Of a stretch of DNA of 15,034 nucleotides, positions 1-7,378 are shown piece by piece (within the stretch, counting starts at the first letter, position 1; each line of letters begins with the position of its first letter). A program made the position numbers and the translations under genes. Source of the stretch: Pseudomonadota bacterium (GTDB taxonomy: Bacteria > Bdellovibrionota > FAC87 > UBA2466); the NCBI GenBank assembly GCA_043718025.1, contig JAYSWN010000034.1:1-15034 (forward strand), given 5' to 3'. The notes under the pieces were generated by a model. The model was not told where the DNA came from and did not search any database. It worked only from the letters and a program-made list of their open reading frames with translations.

Positions 1-231
1 CCCGGGGCGCCGGTGATTCCGTCAATGTCGGGCGGAGCAACCGACAGCCGTTATCTGCGCATGCACGGGGTTGCTTCCTACGGCATCGGCCCCTTGGCGA
101 TGACCAAAGCCGACTCGCGTCGGGCGCACGGAATTGACGAGAGAATTCCGGTGTCGAGCATCGCCCCCGGAATTGATTTTTTAAACCGCTTGGTGGCAGA
201 GCTGGCGGTTGCCCACGCGAAAACGCCCTAA
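1..231 (+). CDS. M20/M25/M40 family metallopeptidase/amidohydrolase, C-terminal fragment (5' end outside the window)
   Basis: Frame 1 is open from base 1 (PGAPVIPSMSGGATDSRYLR...). It carries the M20 C-terminal motifs GxTDSRY and AHGIDERI (the H is the last Zn ligand). Stop TAA at 229-231 overlaps the stop of the convergent gene. Confidence 0.85.
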   Translation, partial: PGAPVIPSMSGGATDSRYLRMHGVASYGIGPLAMTKADSRRAHGIDERIPVSSIAPGIDFLNRLVAELAVAHAKTP

Positions 232-725
232 GTTAGATATTCTTTTCTAAGGCTAAGCCAAAGCGTCCACACTGAACCGGCTAGAAACAGTCCGCCCATG
301 TAGCCGAATAAGGCGAAGGCCTCTTTGGCCTCCGCACGCCCCATTTCTGGACCGTAAATTCCAGCGAAAAGCCAAACCAAGGGGTAAAGCAAGCCGCCTA
401 CGCTCAGCAGATAGGCGGGTGGGTAAAAAGCGTTTGGCTTGAGTTTAAGCTGGGCCAAAAAAAGCAGCAGCCCCATCATCATCGCCCCGATGCCGGTGGC
501 ATGAAAATGGTAGCGCTGATAGTAGCGCCAGTTTTTATCGGTTTCAGATTTGATTTTGGCCGATTTTTCTTCGGCGTTTATGATCTGTTGAACCTTAACG
601 TTTTTTTCGAGCCCCGCCTTGATGCGCGCTTGAAACATCTCTTCGTTCACCCCAAAGAGAATCGCAATGAAAACGCCTCCGGTCATACTCAAAATGGCCA
701 GGACGAAAGGGATTTTTCGAAGCAT
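228..725 (-). CDS. Hypothetical membrane protein, 165 aa, about 4 TM segments, with a WRYYQRYHFHATGIG motif
   Basis: ATG is preceded by AGAAGGT (RBS-like). Hydrophobic segments at the N-terminus and three in the C-terminal half, with a Lys/Glu-rich loop after TM1. Starts 45 bp downstream of the CBS gene on the same strand. Confidence 0.75.
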   Translation of the reverse strand: MLRKIPFVLAILSMTGGVFIAILFGVNEEMFQARIKAGLEKNVKVQQIINAEEKSAKIKSETDKNWRYYQRYHFHATGIGAMMMGLLLFLAQLKLKPNAFYPPAYLLSVGGLLYPLVWLFAGIYGPEMGRAEAKEAFALFGYMGGLFLAGSVWTLWLSLRKEYLT

Positions 726-770
726 TTACTACCTTCTTTTTGTCATTACCCAAGCACAGTGGGCGAAAAA

Positions 771-2120
771 TCAGCGTTGGGTGGCCACAAATTCTACCAA
801 GTCGATCTTGGTGAGAATGTGCTCTGGTTCGCCTTTATCATTAACTAAAACGGCGCTTCCGGTGCGGCCCAACATTTCTTGTAAAACACTTAGCGGCGTT
901 GAGTCTTCAACGCTGGCGACACTTCGATTCATAATGCTGTAGATGTGAATGTTAGGCTGCAGTTCGTTGGTGGCCAAGAACTGCAGCAAACCGTCTTCGG
1001 TAAGCATACCGGCTAAACGCCCATCTTGGGTCACCGGAATTTGCGAAATACCGTTGTCGCGCATTAAAGCGATCGCATCTTTAGCGAAGGCGGTGGATTC
1101 TAACGACACCAGTTTTCGTTTTTGGTGACTGCGTGCCACATCGCCCACCGAGCCCATCAACTTTGGCCCCTCAGAAAACTTGTTGTCACGCATCCACTTA
1201 TCGTCCAAAAATTTACTTAAATAATTGCGGACTCCATCGGCCATAATCACAACACAGTTTTGGCCGCGTTTTAGTTTTGGTGCCTCTTGCAAGGCGGCCG
1301 CCATGGCGGAGCCGCAAGATCCCCCGCAGAGCAGCCCTTCCTCCCTAATTATTCGTCGCGCCAAGGTGAACGACTCTTGATCGTTAGTTTTTACCCACTT
1401 GGTGACTTGTTTAAGATCAAGTACGTCGGGTATGAAGTCGTACCCAATCCCCTCCACCTTGTAAGAGGCAACCGTACTTCCGCCGCCGAGTATCGAGCCC
1501 ACCGGATCGGCCCCGACGATGATCACATTGGGGTTGTGCTCACGTAAGCGTTTTGCCACGCCGGTGATCGTTCCCCCGGTGCCGGCGGTAATCACCACCA
1601 TGTCTACCTGCCCTTTTAAGTCGTCGATGATCTCTTGGGCCGTCGTTTCATAGTGGGCCAACGGGTTAGAGGGATTGGCGTACTGATTTAAAATATGGGC
1701 ATTGGGCAATTCGCGCTGCAGTTTGCGGGCAACGCCAATATGGCTCTCCGGTGCCAGCGAGGGTGCCTCGGTGGGCGTGCGAATAATTTCGGCGCCCAGC
1801 GCCTCAAGTACCACTTGTTTCTCGCGGCTCATCTTTTCGGGCATGGTGATAATAACTCGGTAGCCTTTTACCGCTCCCGCCAGGGCGATGCCTATTCCGG
1901 TGTTTCCGCTGGTGGGCTCAATCAGCGTATCGCCGGGCTTAATTCGGCCGGCCTTTTCGGCGTCGACCACCATGCGATAACCAATGCGGTCTTTTACTGA
2001 ACCTCCCGGATTAAGAAATTCGCACTTGGCGTAGAGATTACAATCGAGGCGGCTTCCCATTCGGTTCAATTTAACTAAGGGGGTGCGGCCAATGGCTTCG
2101 AGAATAGATGGATAAAGCAT
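771..2120 (-). CDS. cbs: Cystathionine beta-synthase (PLP fold type II) with C-terminal CBS/Bateman pair and no N-terminal heme domain
   Basis: Motifs GRTPLV, AKCEFLNPGGSVKDR (PLP lysine), EPTSGNTGIG, MPEKMS, NQYANPSNP, GTGGT, YKVEGIGYDFIP and EEGLLCGGS. The last ~125 aa has CBS-domain features (MRDNGISQIPV...GMLTE, ILTKIDL). RBS-like CAGGA upstream. Confidence 0.92.
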   Translation of the reverse strand: MLYPSILEAIGRTPLVKLNRMGSRLDCNLYAKCEFLNPGGSVKDRIGYRMVVDAEKAGRIKPGDTLIEPTSGNTGIGIALAGAVKGYRVIITMPEKMSREKQVVLEALGAEIIRTPTEAPSLAPESHIGVARKLQRELPNAHILNQYANPSNPLAHYETTAQEIIDDLKGQVDMVVITAGTGGTITGVAKRLREHNPNVIIVGADPVGSILGGGSTVASYKVEGIGYDFIPDVLDLKQVTKWVKTNDQESFTLARRIIREEGLLCGGSCGSAMAAALQEAPKLKRGQNCVVIMADGVRNYLSKFLDDKWMRDNKFSEGPKLMGSVGDVARSHQKRKLVSLESTAFAKDAIALMRDNGISQIPVTQDGRLAGMLTEDGLLQFLATNELQPNIHIYSIMNRSVASVEDSTPLSVLQEMLGRTGSAVLVNDKGEPEHILTKIDLVEFVATQR

Positions 2121-2334
2121 TTCGTTTCCTGCAAATAGCTAGGTTTTGGTAACGTTCCGAGGACGATTTAAGCGGGTTCGGATTCAGTGTTCAAACAATA
2201 AAAAGAGGGGTTGTCGTTATCTGGAGCCAGCGCTTGAAGCGCCGCGTTAGGCGGCGTTTAGCTTTTTCGCGCCAGTTCTCCCCAAAAACATTAACCAAGC
2301 CGTTGTTTCTTGGCTCTGGTAGGAGTGGAAGGGC

Positions 2335-3237
2335 ATGAAGATCCCTAGTGTTTGTGTGCTGCGCCTATTGTTGTTTACTCTGCCTCTGCTCTGGCCAGCC
2401 AACGCGCTCACCGTGAGCTGCCCCGATGAGCTAAGCTTTCGTTTGGCGCTTGAAAAGTTGACTCAACGGGCTTTTGAATTTGTTTACGTCGGTGCGCCAT
2501 CCCAACGTTTCGAAGTCATTTTCACCGCGAATCCGCTAGAGAATTTTGGGTTTCTCGACCCCAGTCTGAAAAGCTACGCGGCAGTGGTGCAAACGGTACC
2601 CAATTTGCCGAGCCAGCCTACTTACGTGCTAGCTTACGCCGAACGGATGGCCCCGTTGAATTCGGCGCGGGTAGACTTTGGTTGGCTACTCAACATCGAC
2701 CACCAACTTGTCTTTTCTCAGGTTAAAAAGATTAGTGAAGAAAGGGGCAATCTTTCACTCCACCGCTCGCTTGAGTTACTGGCTTCGGAATATGGGGATC
2801 ATTCGCTTAAGACCAATAAAATGCGGATACAAGGCAGAGTGGTTTTTGAGCAGATGCGCAAACATTACCGGCTGACTTCTTTAGGGCAGTGGCGTTGGCC
2901 CCTCGCCCGCCGAAAGCGAGATATTTCTGATTTAGAATTTGCGCAGTACTTCGCGCTTGAAAAAACGCTGCCCAGAACACCGGGCATCGCTTACTCGATT
3001 TTAGAGAAACTGTCTTCGGGGCTACCGCTGGGCACCGATCTTGCCTTTCATGTGGCTCACGACTCTACCTTAGCGGCTATGCAAAGCCATCGCGATTGGC
3101 AGCGAACCGCCCTGGGTAGGCTTTCTCATCGCGCCGGGTTCGATTTGTCTGAGCGGTTTTCTGAACGTGAGAGCTTCCTCGTAATCACCACCAAGATTAG
3201 AGCTCCGCACCCTTTCTTTTTTTTGGGGCCGCTCTAA
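2335..3237 (+). CDS. Hypothetical exported protein, 300 aa, with a probable Sec signal peptide
   Basis: Long ORF filling the space between cbs and the ligase gene, with AGGAG upstream at 2320-2324. The N-terminus MKIPSVCVLRLLLFTLPLLWPANA|L fits an n/h/c signal with A-x-A cleavage. No family confidently recognised. Confidence 0.65.
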   Translation: MKIPSVCVLRLLLFTLPLLWPANALTVSCPDELSFRLALEKLTQRAFEFVYVGAPSQRFEVIFTANPLENFGFLDPSLKSYAAVVQTVPNLPSQPTYVLAYAERMAPLNSARVDFGWLLNIDHQLVFSQVKKISEERGNLSLHRSLELLASEYGDHSLKTNKMRIQGRVVFEQMRKHYRLTSLGQWRWPLARRKRDISDLEFAQYFALEKTLPRTPGIAYSILEKLSSGLPLGTDLAFHVAHDSTLAAMQSHRDWQRTALGRLSHRAGFDLSERFSERESFLVITTKIRAPHPFFFLGPL

Positions 3238-3340
3238 CCGTGGGAGCCCCGCCTAAAACAGGTTTTGCTTGTTTTAACCGTCAGAAGTTTTTGTTAGAAC
3301 GGGCAGGGTACAGTGAAAGTCCTTTTTCGAGGGTTTTAAG

Positions 3341-4777
3341 TTGGGCACCGATATAGCGAAGCATCAATTTTCCGACGCAGATTTTAAGAGTTTCCGCGAT
3401 CGGCTTCGGCAAGAAACTGCAATTTTGTCGCATTGGTTTAGGGATGATGCCTTCGTTAACGAGGGAAAGACCACTGGTCTCGAGGTTGAGTTTTGGTTGG
3501 TCGATGAAAATTTTTTACCGGCTCCCAAAAATCATGAATTTCTTGCGCTCGCTGCGCACCCACAAATTGTTGCCGAGATTGCAAAATGTAATGCCGAGTT
3601 AAATTCAGACCCCGTTCCCATGGGGGCAGATGCGCTCAATCGAAATCACTCCCAACTTGAAAAACTTTGGGCTCATATTCAAAAAACTGCGGCTGCAATG
3701 AATCTGCGGGCGATTACGGTGGGATGCCTCCCTACGCTGCGGGATACGAATCTACAGCTGGATTGGCTTTCAGATAAGGAACGTTACCGGGCCCTCAATG
3801 AACGCACTATGGCAATGCGCAAAGACCGGCCCATTCATCTGGATATTGAAGGAAAAGACCGCCTTTTGACCGTTCATCACGATATTATGCTCGAGGCGGC
3901 GGCCACCTCGTTGCAATGCCACCTTCAAGTTGAGGCTGATCAAGCCGCCCGTTATTTTAACGCTAGCCTCGTGGGCAGTCCGTTACTAGTTGCGGTGGCG
4001 GCCAACGCCCCTTTTCTGTTTGGCTGTGATCTTTGGGATGAAACGCGTATTCCCGTTTTTGAGCAGGCGGTACGCTTAATGAGTTTTCATGATACCGAGG
4101 GCGTGCCGGTAAGTCGGGTTGGCTTTGGCACCGGATACGTCAGAGAGAGTTTGCTCGAATGTTTCCTCGAAAATCTTGAGGCCTTTCCCATTTTGCTACC
4201 GATGACGAGCGATGAAAAACCGGATTCGCTCCACCACCTCCGTTTGCACAACGGCACTATTTGGCGGTGGAACCGACCGATAGTTGGCGTAAGTACTACT
4301 GGCAAACCGCATTTACGAACTGAGCAGCGAGTTCCGTCGTCGGGGCCCACCGTTACCGACATGATTGCCAATCTCGCTTTTTATCTCGGGGTCACCCACT
4401 GGCTGGCGCAGGAGAAAACGGATTTTGAAAAACAGCTTCCCTTTATCAAGCTGCGAGAGGGCTTTTACCAAGCGGCTAAGCTTGGACTTTCCGCCACCAT
4501 TCCTTGGCTGGACGGAAAGTCGTGGAATCTCCAACGCCTTTTGCTTGAAGTGGTATTGCCGCGGGCGCGCGAAGGGCTAATTGATCTTGGTATCAACGAA
4601 CTTGACGCCGATCGGTACATCAACGGAGTGATTCGGGCCCGCGTGCAATCGGGGCGCACCGGAGCCGCTTGGCAACGGGCTTACGTTTCTACTCACGGAA
4701 AAGACTTTCAAGGATTGTTGGCCAAATATTTTATATTGCAGGAGCAGGGGATTCCCGTTCATGAATGGTCGGTATGA
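3341..4777 (+). CDS. Glutamate--cysteine ligase family 2 (GCS2)-type carboxylate-amine ligase
   Basis: TTG start with GAGG at 3329-3332. Glutamine-synthetase-fold metal/ATP motifs GLEVEFWLVD, AEIAKCNAELNSDP, EAAATSLQCHLQ, AANAPFLFG, ETRIPVFEQ, LHNGTIWRWNRP and HLRTEQRVPSSGPT. Confidence 0.85.
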   Translation: MGTDIAKHQFSDADFKSFRDRLRQETAILSHWFRDDAFVNEGKTTGLEVEFWLVDENFLPAPKNHEFLALAAHPQIVAEIAKCNAELNSDPVPMGADALNRNHSQLEKLWAHIQKTAAAMNLRAITVGCLPTLRDTNLQLDWLSDKERYRALNERTMAMRKDRPIHLDIEGKDRLLTVHHDIMLEAAATSLQCHLQVEADQAARYFNASLVGSPLLVAVAANAPFLFGCDLWDETRIPVFEQAVRLMSFHDTEGVPVSRVGFGTGYVRESLLECFLENLEAFPILLPMTSDEKPDSLHHLRLHNGTIWRWNRPIVGVSTTGKPHLRTEQRVPSSGPTVTDMIANLAFYLGVTHWLAQEKTDFEKQLPFIKLREGFYQAAKLGLSATIPWLDGKSWNLQRLLLEVVLPRAREGLIDLGINELDADRYINGVIRARVQSGRTGAAWQRAYVSTHGKDFQGLLAKYFILQEQGIPVHEWSV

Positions 4778-5796
4778 GCTTGGTCTTCAAAGATAAAATT
4801 CCGCCGGGGCTATTCAATGCCAACGTTACCGATCTTCATTCAGTCTTAGGTGGCCCCTCCCTTTTCTTTATTGAAGGGGCCCGAAAACCAGCGCTGATCC
4901 TCTCTACGCTTCTTCATGGCAATGAACATACGGGTTTTCTCGCTTTAAAGTCGTGGTTAAGACCTTACGCGCTGGGAAGTAAACCAATCCCGCGTTCGCT
5001 TTGGGTTTTTATTGGCAATACGGAAGCCGCCCAACTAAACCTACGCCTACTTCCCGGTCGGGTTGATTATAATCGCCTCTGGCGCGGTAGTTTGGCCCCC
5101 GAAGCCAAAATTGCCGCTGAAGTGATGGCGCGGGTTACTAAAGATCCGTTATTTGCGGCGGTAGATATTCATAACAACAGCGGAAATAATCCCCATTACG
5201 CGTGCGTCGCAAAATGGGAAAGAAGCCACATTGAACTGGGCGGGCTGTTCGGGAGAACTCTGGTTCACGCAACCCAGCCGGCCGAAACCTTTACCCACGC
5301 TTTTGCCGATTTTTCTCCCTCGGTTACTCTGGAGTGCGGGCTCTCGGGCAATGAGCGTTCCACCCAACACACCATCGACTATCTTGAATCGGTTTTGCAC
5401 TTATCCCACTTTTCGCCGCACGCGGTTTCTCAAGGTGATATCGATGGCTACGAGACTGTGGCCCGCGTTCGGGTGAAGCCCGGGGTGGCCTTCGAATTTG
5501 CAGATCTAGACAGTTCGGTAATGGATAAGAGTTACCTCGTGCTTCGATCTGATCTTGAGAGACTAAACTTTTCACCGCTTCCTGCGGGAACCCTGTTTGG
5601 CCGCTATACGGGCGATGAAACTCCGATTGAGGTTTTAAATGGTAAGGGAGAAGATCCCAAACTTTTGAGTTTCGACAAGGGCCGGATTTTCACTACGGAG
5701 ACGATCACTCCGGCCATGTTAACTACTAACGTGCAGGCTGTGCGCGATGACTGTCTGGGCTATTTGATGAACGGGAAGAAGTTACCTGACCGGTAA
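4774..5796 (+). CDS. M14-like Zn carboxypeptidase / succinylglutamate desuccinylase-aspartoacylase family hydrolase
   Basis: STLLHGNE (HxxE Zn ligands), DYNR (substrate Arg), DIHNN (third Zn ligand) and TLECG (catalytic Glu). Start placed at ATG 4774 because of the ATGA overlap with the ligase stop (the ORF track gives 4765). Confidence 0.85.
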   Translation: MSLVFKDKIPPGLFNANVTDLHSVLGGPSLFFIEGARKPALILSTLLHGNEHTGFLALKSWLRPYALGSKPIPRSLWVFIGNTEAAQLNLRLLPGRVDYNRLWRGSLAPEAKIAAEVMARVTKDPLFAAVDIHNNSGNNPHYACVAKWERSHIELGGLFGRTLVHATQPAETFTHAFADFSPSVTLECGLSGNERSTQHTIDYLESVLHLSHFSPHAVSQGDIDGYETVARVRVKPGVAFEFADLDSSVMDKSYLVLRSDLERLNFSPLPAGTLFGRYTGDETPIEVLNGKGEDPKLLSFDKGRIFTTETITPAMLTTNVQAVRDDCLGYLMNGKKLPDR

Positions 5797-5818
5797 GATC
5801 GCCGCTAGGATCGAATGC

Positions 5819-7378
5819 CTACTTTTGATTCTCGGAATGGAGAACTTTAAACCGAGTGAGATAAAGGTCGTTCGGTTGGTTGGACAGGGGGCGGCGGGGA
5901 TTATAAGCCAAGAAATAGGCGTCGTTGATAATGGCTCTACGATCAATGATTTCTACCGGTCCCTTGGGAACGTAATAGGCTTTTGAGCTGAGATAGAGAT
6001 AAGAATTTCCGGTTTTTAAGGGCCTTTCCCCCATGACGGGAAGCCGGGTGCGGTTTTGGAATGAGGCTAGGAAACTGGGCCTTTCTAAAATGATTCCGTC
6101 GATGCCACTTTCCGATCCGATTAACAGTGAAACGTCCTCGACACTTTGCCGGCGAAAGCTCAAACCCGCCAATCCAATAATAACCGCGGCGGTGAGAAAG
6201 TGGATTGACCAGCGACCAAGCCAGAGTTCAATTCTGGTGTCGCTGAGGGCCAGGCCAATGGTCGTGAAGACGAGGGGGGAGAGGAAAAGAATATGCCGTA
6301 AGGGGCTCAGGCCCAAGTAGCCAGTAATCATGGCGAGCCCCACGGCGAGGAAAGTGCAGGTTGTAAAAAGCACGAATAGATTTAACTCAACGGAAGGTGA
6401 GGGTTTTGAAACTCTTAGTAGCACCCAACGTACGGCTAGGCTGCAGGCCACTATTCCCAGTACGAATTGAGTCCACTCGGCAAACACCCCGCGGTTGAAA
6501 AGGCTAAAATAATTAAGACAAATGTAGAACAACGCTGGGAACAGCTCTTTGAAAGTTTCGACCGTTCCCCGATTTCCCTGATCTATCTGGACTAAAAGAA
6601 GGGAACAAATGGCAATGGCCGCGATCGCCACAGCCTGTGATTTGAGCAACCTGGTCAATACTGAAAGCGGTCGTTTATTTTTTTTGCCGTCTCTCCAGGC
6701 GATGGCCGCCACGAAGCCCAACCAGTAAAAGGGAATGAGGTAGTTTAAGTAGGTCAGAATGGCGGTGGCTACGGAAATACGTTTTTCCAATTGCGGGTGG
6801 CGCAGATTTTGACCGAGCCACCAAATCCAAAACATCGAGGTAGAGAAATTCCAAACGGTGTTGCCCAGATGGAAACCGTAGGAGTAATGGCTGATGGAGA
6901 AGAGTAGCCAAAGTGCGGCGCCGGTAGCGGAGAAAGGCGTTGCCCCCAAGTTGCGAATCGTGAAAAAGAGCAACAGCACAGTGAGGTGAAACAGAAGCAA
7001 GGTCACCAAGGTTGCTCTCGACATAAAGTCAAAGTACGGCAGCGTCGCTCCACCCAATAGTCCATACACTAAGCCGGACCCCATCGAGTAAGTACTTCCC
7101 AACGGGAGAGCCCACATGCTCCGCAAGGGACCAGGTAAGTGGAGATTCTCCAACCTCATAACGAGTGACTCCCTGAAGAGGGACAGCCAGGGGCGCCGCC
7201 CGTCTTTTTTGGGGTAGGCCCACGACTCTCGCAGGTACCATAGCTGCGGACGGGGGAAATCGGTTAGATGGCCGTGCACGAAGCTTGAGTCGATCTCTTG
7301 GAAATGACGGTTTCGAAATCCGACGTGAAAAATAAAACTTAGCGAAAGGGCCAAGAACAAGATTCGCGATGGAGTCAT
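5819..7378 (-). CDS. Polytopic membrane protein, probable GT-C fold glycosyltransferase (PMT/ArnT-like architecture)
   Basis: TM1 is followed by a loop with an acidic motif (FQEIDS), then about 10 hydrophobic segments, an RHILFLSP motif near the last TMs and a soluble C-terminal domain. Start placed at ATG 7378 because of the ATGA overlap with the upstream stop at 7375-7377 (the ORF track gives GTG 7390). Confidence 0.6.
   Translation of the reverse strand: MTPSRILFLALSLSFIFHVGFRNRHFQEIDSSFVHGHLTDFPRPQLWYLRESWAYPKKDGRRPWLSLFRESLVMRLENLHLPGPLRSMWALPLGSTYSMGSGLVYGLLGGATLPYFDFMSRATLVTLLLFHLTVLLLFFTIRNLGATPFSATGAALWLLFSISHYSYGFHLGNTVWNFSTSMFWIWWLGQNLRHPQLEKRISVATAILTYLNYLIPFYWLGFVAAIAWRDGKKNKRPLSVLTRLLKSQAVAIAAIAICSLLLVQIDQGNRGTVETFKELFPALFYICLNYFSLFNRGVFAEWTQFVLGIVACSLAVRWVLLRVSKPSPSVELNLFVLFTTCTFLAVGLAMITGYLGLSPLRHILFLSPLVFTTIGLALSDTRIELWLGRWSIHFLTAAVIIGLAGLSFRRQSVEDVSLLIGSESGIDGIILERPSFLASFQNRTRLPVMGERPLKTGNSYLYLSSKAYYVPKGPVEIIDRRAIINDAYFLAYNPRRPLSNQPNDLYLTRFKVLHSENQK

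Noticed and set aside
2121..2334. SAM riboswitch upstream of cbs (TTATCTGGAG resembles the start of SAM-I)
   Set aside because: The word is on the strand opposite to cbs, and the downstream SAM-I core elements are not present.
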